Source of the DNA: the human T2T-CHM13v2.0 reference genome, Homo sapiens
Reading direction: 5' to 3' (one strand)
Length of the DNA: 64,000 bases
NCBI RefSeq assembly: GCF_009914755.1
Contig: NC_060941.1
Shown here piece by piece: positions 11,901 to 26,900 of the stretch (position 1 is the first letter of the stretch; each line of letters opens with the position of its first letter). A program made the position numbers and the translations under genes. Under the pieces are notes generated by a model. It had not been told where the DNA came from. It made no database searches and saw only the letters and a program-made list of their open reading frames with translations.

Positions 11901-14900
11901 TTCGTTGGAAACGGAATCATCTTCACATAAAAATTACACAGAAGCATCCTCAGGAACTCCTTGGTGATGTTTGTATTCAACTTCCAGAGTTGAACTTTCC
12001 TTCGGAAAGAGCAGCTATGAAACACTCTTTTTCTAGAATCTGCAAGTGGACATTGGGAGGGCTGTGAGGTTTGTGGTGGAAAAGGAAATATCTCCACATA
12101 AATACTAGATAGAAGCCTTCTCAGAAACTACTTTGTGATGATTGCATTCACCTCACGGAGTGGAGCATTCCTATTGACAGAGCAGTTTGGAAACACTCTT
12201 GTTGTAGAATCTGCTAGTGGAGATTTGGAGCGCTTTGAGGCCTATGGTAGTAAAGGGAAGAGCTTCACATAAAATCTAGACAGAAGCATTCTCAGAAAAT
12301 ACTTTGTGATGATTGAGTTTAACACACAGAGCTGAACATTCCTTTGGATGGAGAAGGTTTGAAACACACTTTCTGTAGAATCTGCGAGTGGATATTTGGA
12401 CGTCTCTGAGGATTTCGTTGGAAACGGGATAACTGCACCTAACTAAACGGAAGCATTCTCACAAAATTCTTTGTGATGTTTGCATTCAAATCCCAGAGTT
12501 GAACCTTCCTTTGATAGTTCAGGTTTGAAACACTCTTTTTGTAGGATCTGCAGGTGGATATTTGGACAACTCTTTGGCCTTCGTTCGAAACGGGTACATC
12601 TTCAAATAAAATCTAGACAGAAGCCTTCTCAGAAACTTCTCTGTGACGATTGCATTCAACTCACAGCGTTGAACCCTCCTATGGATAGAGCAGTTTTGAA
12701 TCTCTCTTTTTGTGGAATCTGCAAGTGGATGTGTGGTCCTCTTTGAAGATGTCTTTGGAAACGGGAATATCTTCACATAAAAACTAAACAGAAGCATTCT
12801 CAGAAACTTCTCTGTGATGTTTGTGTTCAACTCACAGAGCTTCACGTTGCTTTTCATAGAGCAGATGAGAAACATGCTTTTCGTAGGGTCTGCAAGTGGA
12901 CATTTGGAGAGCTTTCAGGCCTGTGGTGGAAAACGAATTATCGTCACGTAAAAACTAGAGAGAAGCATTGTCAGAAACTTGTTTGTGATGACTGCCTTCA
13001 ACTCACAGAGTTGAAGGTTCCTTTTCAAACAGCAGTTTCCAAACACTCTTTCTGTGGCATCTGCAAGTGGATGTTTGGGCCTCTTTGAAGATTTCGTTGG
13101 AAACGGGATAATCTTCACAGAAAAGCTAAACAGAAGCATTCTCAGAAACTTCTTTGTGATGTTTGCTTTCTACTCACAGAGTTGAACTTTCCTTTTGAGA
13201 GAGAAGCTTTGAAACACTCTTTTTCTAGAATCTGCAAGTGGATATTTGGAGGGCTTTGAGGCCTGAGGTGGAAAAGGAATTATCTTCCCGTAAGAACTAG
13301 ATAGATGCATTCTCAGAAACTACTTTGTGACGATTGCATTCAAGTCACAGAGGTGAACATTCCCTTTCAGAGAGCACTTTGGAAACTCTCGTTGTGTAGA
13401 ATCTGCAAGTGGAGATATGGACCGCTTTGAGGCCTATGGTAGTAAAGGAAACAGCTTCATATAAAAACTAGACAGCAGCATTCTCAGAAAACTCTTTGTG
13501 ACGACTGAGTTTAACTCACAGGGCTGAACATTCCTTTGGATGGAGCAGTTTGGAAACACACTATCTGTAGGATCTGCAAGCGGATACTTGGGCCTCTCTG
13601 AGGATTTCGTTGGAAACGGGATAAACCGCACAGAACTAAACAGAAGCATTCTCAGAACCTTCTTCGTGATGTTTGCATTCAACCCACAGTGTTGAACCTT
13701 TCTTCGATAGTTCAGGTTTGAAACACTCTTTTTGTAGAAACTGCAAGTGGATAACTGCACTTCTTTGAGGCCTATCGTAGTAAAGGAAATACCTTCCTAT
13801 GAAAACAAGACAGAAGCTTTCTCAGAAAATTATCTGGGATGATTGTGTTGAACTCACAGAGCAGTACTTTCCTTGGGATGGAGTAGTTTCGAAGCACACT
13901 TTCTGTAGAATCTGCAAGTGGATATTTGGACCTGTCTGAGGAATACTTTGCAAACGGGATAATTTCAGCTAAGTAAACAGAATCAGTCTCAGAATCTTCT
14001 TGTGATGTTTGCATTCAAATCCCAGAATTGAACCTTCCTTTGAAAGTTCAGGTTGGAAACACTCTTTTTGCAGGGTCTACAAGTGGATATTCGGTCCACT
14101 CTGTGGACTTCGTTCGAAACGGGTATATCTTCACATAACATCTAGACAGAAGCATTCTCAGAAACTTTTCTGTGATGACTGCATTCAACTCACAGAGTTG
14201 AACACTCCTTTTGAGAGCGCAGTTTTGAAACTCTCTTTCTCTGGAATCTGCAAGGGGACATGCAGACGTCTTTGAAGGTTTCGTTGGAAACGGAATCATC
14301 TCCACATAAAAATTACACAGAATCATCCTCAGGAACTCCTTGGTGATGTTTGTATTCAACTTCCAGAGTTGAACTTTCCTTCGGAAAGAGCAGCTATGAA
14401 ACACTCTTTTTCTAGAATCTGCAAGTGGACATTGGGAGGGCTGTGAGGTTTGTGGTGGAAAAGGAAATATCTCCACATAAATACTAGATAGAAGCCTTCT
14501 CAGAAACTACTTTGTGATGATTGCATTCACCTCACGGAGTGGAGCATTCCTATTGACAGAGCAGTTTGGAAACACTCTTGTTGTAGAATCTGCTAGTGGA
14601 GATTTGGAGCGCTTTGAGGCCTATGGTAGTAAAGGGAAGAGCTTCACATAAAATCTAGACAGAAGCATTCTCAGAAAATACTTTGTGATGATTGAGTTTA
14701 ACACACAGAGCTGAACATTCCTTTGGATGGAGAAGGTTTGAAACACACTTTCTGTAGAATCTGCGAGTGGATATTTGGACGTCTCTGAGGATTTCGTTGG
14801 AAACGGGATAACTGCACCTAACTAAACGGAAGCATTCTCACAAAATTCTTTGTGATGTTTGCATTCAAATCCCAGAGTTGAACCTTCCTTTGATAGTTCA

Positions 14901-17900
14901 GGTTTGAAACACTCTTTTTGTAGGATCTGCAGGTGGATATTTGGACAACTCTTTGGCCTTCGTTCGAAACGGGTACATCTTCAAATAAAATCTAGACAGA
15001 AGCCTTCTCAGAAACTTCTCTGTGACGATTGAATTCAACTCACAGCGTTGAACCCTCCTATGGATAGAGCAGTTTTGAATCTCTCTTTTTGTGGAATCTG
15101 CAAGTGGATGTGTGGTCCTCTTTGAAGATGTCTTTGGAAACGGGAATATCTTCACATAAAAACTAAACAGAAGCATTCTCAGAAACTTCTCTGTGATGTT
15201 TGTGTTCAACTCGCAGAGCTTCACGTTGCTTTTCATAGAGCAGATGAGAAACATGCTTTTCGTAGGGTCTGCAAGTGGACATTTGGAGAGCTTTCAGGCC
15301 TGTGGTGGAAAACGAATTATCGTCACGTAAAAACTAGAGAGAAGCATTGTCAGAAACTTGTTTGTGATGACTGCCTTCAACTCACAGAGTTGAAGGTTCC
15401 TTTTCAAACAGCAGTTTCCAAACACTCTTTCTGTGGCATCTGCAAGTGGATGTTTGGGCCTCTTTGAAGATTTCGTTGGAAACGGGATAATCTTCACAGA
15501 AAAGCTAAACAGAAGCATTCTCAGAAACTTCTTTGTGATGTTTGCTTTCAACTCACAGAGTTGAACTTTCCTTTTGAGAGAGAAGCTTTGAAACACTCTT
15601 TTTCTAGAATCTGCAAGAGGATATTTGGAGGGCTTTGAGGCCTGAGGTGGAAAAGGAATTATCTTCCCGTAAGAACTAGATAGATGCATTCTCAGAAACT
15701 ACTTTGTGACGATTGCATTCAAGTCACAGAGGTGAACATTCCCTTTCAGAGAGCACTTTGGAAACTCTCGTTGTGTAGAATCTGCAAGTGGAGATATGGA
15801 CCGCTTTGAGGCCTATGGTAGTAAAGGAAACAGCTTCATATAAAAACTAGACAGCAGCATTCTCAGAAAACTCTTTGTGACGACTGAGTTTAACTCACAG
15901 GGCTGAACATTCCTTTGGATGGAGCAGTTTGGAAACACACTATCTGTAGGATCTGCAAGCGGATACTTGGGCCTCCCTGAGGATTTCGTTGGAAACGGGA
16001 TAAACCGCACAGAACTAAACAGAAGCATTCTCAGAACCTTCTTCGTGATGTTTGCATTCAACCCACAGTGTTGAACCCTTCTTTGATAGTTCAGGTTTGA
16101 AACACTCTTTTTGTAGAAACTGCAAGTGGATAACTGCACTTCTTTGAGGCCTATCGTAGTAAAGGAAATAACTTCCTATAAAAACAAGACAGAAGCTTTC
16201 TCAGAAAATTCTCTGGGATGATTGAGTTGAACTCACAGAGCAGTACTTTCCTTGGGATGGAGTAGTTTCAAAACACACTTTCTGTAGAATCTGCAAGTGG
16301 ATATTTGGACCTGTATGAGGAATTCGTTGCAAACAGGATAATTTCAGCTAAGTAAACAGAAGCAGTCTCAGAATCTTCTTGTGATGTTTGCATTCAAATC
16401 CCAGAATTGAACCTTCCTTTGAAAGTTCAGGTTGGAAACACTCTTTTTGCAGGATCTACAAGTGGATATTCGGACCACTCTGTGGACTTCGTTCGAAACG
16501 GGTATATCTTCACATAACATCTAGACAGAAGCATTCTCAGAAACTTTTCTGTGATGACTGCATTCAACTCACAGAGTTGAACACTCCTTTTGAGAGCGCA
16601 GTTTGGAAACTCTCTTTCTCTGGAATCTGCAAGGAGACATGCAGACCTCTTTGAAGGTTTCGTTGGAAACGGAATCATCTTCACATAAAAATTACACAGA
16701 AGCATCCTCAGGAACTCCTTGGTGATGTTTGTATTCAACTTCCAGAGTTGAACTTTCCTTCGGAAAGAGCAGCTATGAAACACTCTTTTTCTAGAATCTG
16801 CAAGTGGACATTGGGAGGGCTGTGAGGTTTGTGGTGGAAAAGGAAATATCTCCACATAAATACTAGATAGAAGCCTTCTCAGAAACTACTTTGTGATGAT
16901 TGCATTCACCTCACGGAGTGGAGCATTCCTATTGACAGAGCAGTTTGGAAACACTCTTGTTGTAGAATCTGCTAGTGGAGATTTGGAGCGCTTTGAGGCC
17001 TATGGTAGTAAAGGGAAGAGCTTCACATAAAATCTAGACAGAAGCATTCTCAGAAAATACTTTGTGATGATTGAGTTTAACACACAGAGCTGAACATTCC
17101 TTTGGATGGAGAAGGTTTGAAACACACTTTCTGTAGAATCTGCGAGTGGATATTTGGACGTCTCTGAGGATTTCGTTGGAAACGGGATAACTGCACCTAA
17201 CTAAACGGAAGCATTCTCACAAAATTCTTTGTGATGTTTGCATTCAAATCCCAGAGTTGAACCTTCCTTTGATAGTTCAGGTTTGAAACACTCTTTTTGT
17301 AGGATCTGCAGGTGGATATTTGGACAACTCTTTGGCCTTCGTTCGAAACGGGTACATCTTCAAATAAAATCTAGACAGAAGCCTTCTCAGAAACTTCTCT
17401 GTGACGATTGCATTCAACTCACAGCGTTGAACCCTCCTATGGATAGAGCAGTTTTGAATCTCTCTTTTTGTGGAATCTGCAAGTGGATGTGTGGTCCTCT
17501 TTGAAGATGTCTTTGGAAACGGGAATATCTTCACATAAAAACTAAACAGAAGCATTCTCAGAAACTTCTCTGTGATGTTTGTGTTCAACTCACAGAGCTT
17601 CACGTTGCTTTTCATAGAGCAGATGAGAAACATGCTTTTCGTAGGGTCTGCAAGTGGACATTTGGAGAGCTTTCAGGCCTGTGGTGGAAAACGAATTATC
17701 GTCACGTAAAAACTAGAGAGAAGCATTGTCAGAAACTTGTTTGTGATGACTGCCTTCAACTCACAGAGTTGAAGGTTCCTTTTCAAACAGCAGTTTCCAA
17801 ACACTCTTTCTGTGGCATCTGCAAGTGGATGTTTGGGCCTCTTTGAAGATTTCGTTGGAAACGGGATAATCTTCACAGAAAAGCTAAACAGAAGCATTCT

Positions 17901-20900
17901 CAGAAACTTCTTTGTGATGTTTGCTTTCTACTCACAGAGTTGAACTTTCCTTTTGAGAGAGAAGCTTTGAAACACTCTTTTTCTAGAATCTGCAAGTGGA
18001 TATTTGGAGGGCTTTGAGGCCTGAGGTGGAAAAGGAATTATCTTCCCGTAAGAACTAGATAGATGCATTCTCAGAAACTACTTTGTGACGATTGCATTCA
18101 AGTCACAGAGGTGAACATTCCCTTTCAGAGAGCACTTTGGAAACTCTCGTTGTGTAGAATCTGCAAGTGGAGATATGGACCGCTTTGAGGCCTATGGTAG
18201 TAAAGGAAACAGCTTCATATAAAAACTAGACAGCAGCATTCTCAGAAAACTCTTTGTGACGACTGAGTTTAACTCACAGGGCTGAACATTCCTTTGGATG
18301 GAGCAGTTTGGAAACACACTATCTGTAGGATCTGCAAGCGGATACTTGGGCCTCTCTGAGGATTTCGTTGGAAACGGGATAAACCGCACAGAACTAAACA
18401 GAAGCATTCTCAGAACCTTCTTCGTGATGTTTGCATTCAACCCACAGTGTTGAACCTTTCTTTGATAGTTCAGGTTTGAAACACTCTTTTTGTAGAAACT
18501 GCAAGTGGATAACTGCACTTCTTTGAGGCCTATCGTAGTAAAGGAAATACCTTCCTATGAAAACAAGACAGAAGCTTTCTCAGAAAATTATCTGGGATGA
18601 TTGTGTTGAACTCACAGAGCAGTACTTTCCTTGGGATGGAGTAGTTTCGAAGCACACTTTCTGTAGAATCTGCAAGTGGATATTTGGACCTGTCTGAGGA
18701 ATACTTTGCAAACGGGATAATTTCAGCTAAGTAAACAGAATCAGTCTCAGAATCTTCTTGTGATGTTTGCATTCAAATCCCAGAATTGAACCTTCCTTTG
18801 AAAGTTCAGGTTGGAAACACTCTTTTTGCAGGGTCTACAAGTGGATATTCGGTCCACTCTGTGGACTTCGTTCGAAACGGGTATATCTTCACATAACATC
18901 TAGACAGAAGCATTCTCAGAAACTTTTCTGTGATGACTGCATTCAACTCACAGAGTTGAACACTCCTTTTGAGAGCGCAGTTTTGAAACTCTCTTTCTCT
19001 GGAATCTGCAAGGGGACATGCAGACGTCTTTGAAGGTTTCGTTGGAAACGGAATCATCTCCACATAAAAATTACACAGAATCATCCTCAGGAACTCCTTG
19101 GTGATGTTTGTATTCAACTTCCAGAGTTGAACTTTCCTTCGGAAAGAGCAGCTATGAAACACTCTTTTTCTAGAATCTGCAAGTGGACATTGGGAGGGCT
19201 GTGAGGTTTGTGGTGGAAAAGGAAATATCTCCACATAAATACTAGATAGAAGCCTTCTCAGAAACTACTTTGTGATGATTGCATTCACCTCACGGAGTGG
19301 AGCATTCCTATTGACAGAGCAGTTTGGAAACACTCTTGTTGTAGAATCTGCTAGTGGAGATTTGGAGCGCTTTGAGGCCTATGGTAGTAAAGGGAAGAGC
19401 TTCACATAAAATCTAGACAGAAGCATTCTCAGAAAATACTTTGTGATGATTGAGTTTAACACACAGAGCTGAACATTCCTTTGGATGGAGAAGGTTTGAA
19501 ACACACTTTCTGTAGAATCTGCGAGTGGATATTTGGACGTCTCTGAGGATTTCGTTGGAAACGGGATAACTGCACCTAACTAAACGGAAGCATTCTCACA
19601 AAATTCTTTGTGATGTTTGCATTCAAATCCCAGAGTTGAACCTTCCTTTGATAGTTCAGGTTTGAAACACTCTTTTTGTAGGATCTGCAGGTGGATATTT
19701 GGACAACTCTTTGGCCTTCGTTCGAAACGGGTACATCTTCAAATAAAATCTAGACAGAAGCCTTCTCAGAAACTTCTCTGTGACGATTGAATTCAACTCA
19801 CAGCGTTGAACCCTCCTATGGATAGAGCAGTTTTGAATCTCTCTTTTTGTGGAATCTGCAAGTGGATGTGTGGTCCTCTTTGAAGATGTCTTTGGAAACG
19901 GGAATATCTTCACATAAAAACTAAACAGAAGCATTCTCAGAAACTTCTCTGTGATGTTTGTGTTCAACTCACAGAGCTTCACGTTGCTTTTCATAGAGCA
20001 GATGAGAAACATGCTTTTCGTAGGGTCTGCAAGTGGACATTTGGAGAGCTTTCAGGCCTGTGGTGGAAAACGAATTATCGTCACGTAAAAACTAGAGAGA
20101 AGCATTGTCAGAAACTTGTTTGTGATGACTGCCTTCAACTCACAGAGTTGAAGGTTCCTTTTCAAACAGCAGTTTCCAAACACTCTTTCTGTGGCATCTG
20201 CAAGTGGATGTTTGGGCCTCTTTGAAGATTTCGTTGGAAACGGGATAATCTTCACAGAAAAGCTAAACAGAAGCATTCTCAGAAACTTCTTTGTGATGTT
20301 TGCTTTCAACTCACAGAGTTGAACTTTCCTTTTGAGAGAGAAGCTTTGAAACACTCTTTTTCTAGAATCTGCAAGTGGATATTTGGAGGGCTTTGAGGCC
20401 TGAGGTGGAAAAGGAATTATCTTCCCGTAAGAACTAGATAGATGCATTCTCAGAAACTACTTTGTGACGATTGCATTCAAGTCACAGAGGTGAACATTCC
20501 CTTTCAGAGAGCACTTTGGAAACTCTCGTTGTGTAGAATCTGCAAGTGGAGATATGGACCGCTTTGAGGCCTATGGTAGTAAAGGAAACAGCTTCATATA
20601 AAAACTAGACAGCAGAATTCTCAGAAAACTCTTTGTGACGACTGAGTTTAACTCACAGGGCTGAACATTCCTTTGGATGGAGCAGTTTGGAAACACACTA
20701 TCTGTAGGATCTGCAAGCGGATACTTGGGCCTCTCTGAGGATTTCGTTGGAAACGGGATAAACCGCACAGAACTAAACAGAAGCATTCTCAGAACCTTCT
20801 TCGTGATGTTTGCACTCAACCCACAGTGTTGAACCTTTCTTCGATAGTTCAGGTTTGAAACACTCTTTTTGTAGAAACTGCAAGTGGATAACTGCACTTC

Positions 20901-23900
20901 TTTGAGGCCTATCGTAGTAAAGGAAATACCTTCCTATGAAAACAAGACAGAAGCTTTCTCAGAAAATTCTCTGGGATGATTGTGTTGAACTCACAGAGCA
21001 GTACTTTCCTTGGGATGGAGTAGTTTCGAAGCACACTTTCTGTAGAATCTGCAAGTGGATATTTGGACCTGTCTGAGGAATACTTTGCAAACGGGATAAT
21101 TTCAGCTAAGTAAACAGAATCAGTCTCAGAATCTTCTTGTGATGTTTGCATTCAAATCCCAGAATTGAACCTTCCTTTGAAAGTTCAGGTTGGAAACACT
21201 CTTTTTGCAGGGTCTACAAGTGGATATTCGGTCCACTCTGTGGACTTCGTTCGAAACGGGTATATCTTCACATAACATCTAGACAGAAGCATTCTCAGAA
21301 ACTTTTCTGTGATGACTGCATTCAACTCACAGAGTTGAACACTCCTTTTGAGAGCGCAGTTTTGAAACTCTCTTTCTCTGGAATCTGCAAGGGGACATGC
21401 AGACGTCTTTGAAGGTTTCGTTGGAAACGGAATCATCTCCACATAAAAATTACACAGAATCATCCTCAGGAACTCCTTGGTGATGTTTGTATTCAACTTC
21501 CAGAGTTGAACTTTCCTTCGGAAAGAGCAGCTATGAAACACTCTTTTTCTAGAATCTGCAAGTGGACATTGGGAGGGCTGTGAGGTTTGTGGTGGAAAAG
21601 GAAATATCTCCACATAAATACTAGATAGAAGCCTTCTCAGAAACTACTTTGTGATGATTGCATTCACCTCACGGAGTGGAGCATTCCTATTGACAGAGCA
21701 GTTTGGAAACACTCTTGTTGTAGAATCTGCTAGTGGAGATTTGGAGCGCTTTGAGGCCTATGGTAGTAAAGGGAAGAGCTTCACATAAAATCTAGACAGA
21801 AGCATTCTCAGAAAATACTTTGTGATGATTGAGTTTAACACACAGAGCTGAACATTCCTTTGGATGGAGAAGGTTTGAAACACACTTTCTGTAGAATCTG
21901 CGAGTGGATATTTGGACGTCTCTGAGGATTTCGTTGGAAACGGGATAACTGCACCTAACTAAACGGAAGCATTCTCACAAAATTCTTTGTGATGTTTGCA
22001 TTCAAATCCCAGAGTTGAACCTTCCTTTGATAGTTCAGGTTTGAAACACTCTTTTTGTAGGATCTGCAGGTGGATATTTGGACAACTCTTTGGCCTTCGT
22101 TCGAAACGGGTACATCTTCAAATAAAATCTAGACAGAAGCCTTCTCAGAAACTTCTCTGTGACGATTGAATTCAACTCACAGCGTTGAACCCTCCTATGG
22201 ATAGAGCAGTTTTGAATCTCTCTTTTTGTGGAATCTGCAAGTGGATGTGTGGTCCTCTTTGAAGATGTCTTTGGAAACGGGAATATCTTCACATAAAAAC
22301 TAAACAGAAGCATTCTCAGAAACTTCTCTGTGATGTTTGTGTTCAACTCACAGAGCTTCACGTTGCTTTTCATAGAGCAGATGAGAAACATGCTTTTCGT
22401 AGGGTCTGCAAGTGGACATTTGGAGAGCTTTCAGGCCTGTGGTGGAAAACGAATTATCGTCACGTAAAAACTAGAGAGAAGCATTGTCAGAAACTTGTTT
22501 GTGATGACTGCCTTCAACTCACAGAGTTGAAGGTTCCTTTTCAAACAGCAGTTTCCAAACACTCTTTCTGTGGCATCTGCAAGTGGATGTTTGGGCCTCT
22601 TTGAAGATTTCGTTGGAAACGGGATAATCTTCACAGAAAAGCTAAACAGAAGCATTCTCAGAAACTTCTTTGTGATGTTTGCTTTCAACTCACAGAGTTG
22701 AACTTTCCTTTTGAGAGAGAAGCTTTGAAACACTCTTTTTCTAGAATCTGCAAGTGGATATTTGGAGGGCTTTGAGGCCTGAGGTGGAAAAGGAATTATC
22801 TTCCCGTAAGAACTAGATAGATGCATTCTCAGAAACTACTTTGTGACGATTGCATTCAAGTCACAGAGGTGAACATTCCCTTTCAGAGAGCACTTTGGAA
22901 ACTCTCGTTGTGTAGAATCTGCAAGTGGAGATATGGACCGCTTTGAGGCCTATGGTAGTAAAGGAAACAGCTTCATATAAAAACTAGACAGCAGAATTCT
23001 CAGAAAACTCTTTGTGACGACTGAGTTTAACTCACAGGGCTGAACATTCCTTTGGATGGAGCAGTTTGGAAACACACTATCTGTAGGATCTGCAAGCGGA
23101 TACTTGGGCCTCTCTGAGGATTTCGTTGGAAACGGGATAAACCGCACAGAACTAAACAGAAGCATTCTCAGAACCTTCTTCGTGATGTTTGCACTCAACC
23201 CACAGTGTTGAACCTTTCTTCGATAGTTCAGGTTTGAAACACTCTTTTTGTAGAAACTGCAAGTGGATAACTGCACTTCTTTGAGGCCTATCGTAGTAAA
23301 GGAAATACCTTCCTATGAAAACAAGACAGAAGCTTTCTCAGAAAATTCTCTGGGATGATTGTGTTGAACTCACAGAGCAGTACTTTCCTTGGGATGGAGT
23401 AGTTTCGAAGCACACTTTCTGTAGAATCTGCAAGTGGATATTTGGACCTGTCTGAGGAATACTTTGCAAACGGGATAATTTCAGCTAAGTAAACAGAATC
23501 AGTCTCAGAATCTTCTTGTGATGTTTGCATTCAAATCCCAGAATTGAACCTTCCTTTGAAAGTTCAGGTTGGAAACACTCTTTTTGCAGGGTCTACAAGT
23601 GGATATTCGGTCCACTCTGTGGACTTCGTTCGAAACGGGTATATCTTCACATAACATCTAGACAGAAGCATTCTCAGAAACTTTTCTGTGATGACTGCAT
23701 TCAACTCACAGAGTTGAACACTCCTTTTGAGAGCGCAGTTTTGAAACTCTCTTTCTCTGGAATCTGCAAGGGGACATGCAGACGTCTTTGAAGGTTTCGT
23801 TGGAAACGGAATCATCTCCACATAAAAATTACACAGAATCATCCTCAGGAACTCCTTGGTGATGTTTGTATTCAACTTCCAGAGTTGAACTTTCCTTCGG

Positions 23901-26900
23901 AAAGAGCAGCTATGAAACACTCTTTTTCTAGAATCTGCAAGTGGACATTGGGAGGGCTGTGAGGTTTGTGGTGGAAAAGGAAATATCTCCACATAAATAC
24001 TAGATAGAAGCCTTCTCAGAAACTACTTTGTGATGATTGCATTCACCTCACGGAGTGGAGCATTCCTATTGACAGAGCAGTTTGGAAACACTCTTGTTGT
24101 AGAATCTGCTAGTGGAGATTTGGAGCGCTTTGAGGCCTATGGTAGTAAAGGGAAGAGCTTCACATAAAATCTAGACAGAAGCATTCTCAGAAAATACTTT
24201 GTGATGATTGAGTTTAACACACAGAGCTGAACATTCCTTTGGATGGAGAAGGTTTGAAACACACTTTCTGTAGAATCTGCGAGTGGATATTTGGACGTCT
24301 CTGAGGATTTCGTTGGAAACGGGATAACTGCACCTAACTAAACGGAAGCATTCTCACAAAATTCTTTGTGATGTTTGCATTCAAATCCCAGAGTTGAACC
24401 TTCCTTTGATAGTTCAGGTTTGAAACACTCTTTTTGTAGGATCTGCAGGTGGATATTTGGACAACTCTTTGGCCTTCGTTCGAAACGGGTACATCTTCAA
24501 ATAAAATCTAGACAGAAGCCTTCTCAGAAACTTCTCTGTGACGATTGAATTCAACTCACAGCGTTGAACCCTCCTATGGATAGAGCAGTTTTGAATCTCT
24601 CTTTTTGTGGAATCTGCAAGTGGATGTGTGGTCCTCTTTGAAGATGTCTTTGGAAACGGGAATATCTTCACATAAAAACTAAACAGAAGCATTCTCAGAA
24701 ACTTCTCTGTGATGTTTGTGTTCAACTCACAGAGCTTCACGTTGCTTTTCATAGAGCAGATGAGAAACATGCTTTTCGTAGGGTCTGCAAGTGGACATTT
24801 GGAGAGCTTTCAGGCCTGTGGTGGAAAACGAATTATCGTCACGTAAAAACTAGAGAGAAGCATTGTCAGAAACTTGTTTGTGATGACTGCATTCAACTCA
24901 CAGAGTTGAAGGTTCCTTTTCAAACAGCAGTTTCCAAACACTCTTTCTGTGGCATCTGCAAGTGGATGTTTGGGCCTCTTTGAAGATTTCGTTGGAAACG
25001 GGATAATCTTCACAGAAAAGCTAAACAGAAGCATTCTCAGAAACTTCTTTGTGATGTTTGCTTTCAACTCACAGAGTTGAACTTTCCTTTTGAGAGAGAA
25101 GCTTTGAAACACTCTTTTTCTAGAATCTGCAAGTGGATATTTGGAGGGCTTTGAGGCCTGAGGTGGAAAAGGAATTATCTTCCCGTAAGAACTAGATAGA
25201 TGCATTCTCAGAAACTACTTTGTGACGATTGCATTCAAGTCACAGAGGTGAACATTCCCTTTCAGAGAGCACTTTGGAAACTCTCGTTGTGTAGAATCTG
25301 CAAGTGGAGATATGGACCGCTTTGAGGCCTATGGTAGTAAAGGAAACAGCTTCATATAAAAACTAGACAGCAGAATTCTCAGAAAACTCTTTGTGACGAC
25401 TGAGTTTAACTCACAGGGCTGAACATTCCTTTGGATGGAGCAGTTTGGAAACACACTATCTGTAGGATCTGCAAGCGGATACTTGGGCCTCTCTGAGGAT
25501 TTCGTTGGAAACGGGATAAACCGCACAGAACTAAACAGAAGCATTCTCAGAACCTTCTTCGTGATGTTTGCATTCAACCCACAGTGTTGAACCTTTCTTC
25601 GATAGTTCAGGTTTGAAACACTCTTTTTGTAGAAACTGCAAGTGGATAACTGCACTTCTTTGAGGCCTATCGTAGTAAAGGAAATACCTTCCTATGAAAA
25701 CAAGACAGAAGCTTTCTCAGAAAATTATCTGGGATGATTGTGTTGAACTCACAGAGCAGTACTTTCCTTGGGATGGAGTAGTTTCGAAGCACACTTTCTG
25801 TAGAATCTGCAAGTGGATATTTGGACCTGTCTGAGGAATACTTTGCAAACGGGATAATTTCAGCTAAGTAAACAGAATCAGTCTCAGAATCTTCTTGTGA
25901 TGTTTGCATTCAAATCCCAGAATTGAACCTTCCTTTGAAAGTTCAGGCTGGAAACACTCTTTTTGCAGGGTCTACAAGTGGATATTCGGTCCACTCTGTG
26001 GACTTCGTTCGAAACGGGTATATCTTCACATAACATCTAGACAGAAGCATTCTCAGAAACTTTTCTGTGATGACTGCATTCAACTCACAGAGTTGAACAC
26101 TCCTTTTGAGAGCGCAGTTTTGAAACTCTCTTTCTCTGGAATCTGCAAGGGGACATGCAGACGTCTTTGAAGGTTTCGTTGGAAACGGAATCATCTCCAC
26201 ATAAAAATTACACAGAATCATCCTCAGGAACTCCTTGGTGATGTTTGTATTCAACTTCCAGAGTTGAACTTTCCTTCGGAAAGAGCAGCTATGAAACACT
26301 CTTTTTCTAGAATCTGCAAGTGGACATTGGGAGGGCTGTGAGGTTTGTGGTGGAAAAGGAAATATCTCCACATAAATACTAGATAGAAGCCTTCTCAGAA
26401 ACTACTTTGTGATGATTGCATTCACCTCACGGAGTGGAGCATTCCTATTGACAGAGCAGTTTGGAAACACTCTTGTTGTAGAATCTGCTAGTGGAGATTT
26501 GGAGCGCTTTGAGGCCTATGGTAGTAAAGGGAAGAGCTTCACATAAAATCTAGACAGAAGCATTCTCAGAAAATACTTTGTGATGATTGAGTTTAACACA
26601 CAGAGCTGAACATTCCTTTGGATGGAGAAGGTTTGAAACACACTTTCTGTAGAATCTGCGAGTGGATATTTGGACGTCTCTGAGGATTTCGTTGGAAACG
26701 GGATAACTGCACCTAACTAAACGGAAGCATTCTCACAAAATTCTTTGTGATGTTTGCATTCAAATCCCAGAGTTGAACCTTCCTTTGATAGTTCAGGTTT
26801 GAAACACTCTTTTTGTAGGATCTGCAGGTGGATATTTGGACAACTCTTTGGCCTTCGTTCGAAACGGGTACATCTTCAAATAAAATCTAGACAGAAGCCT

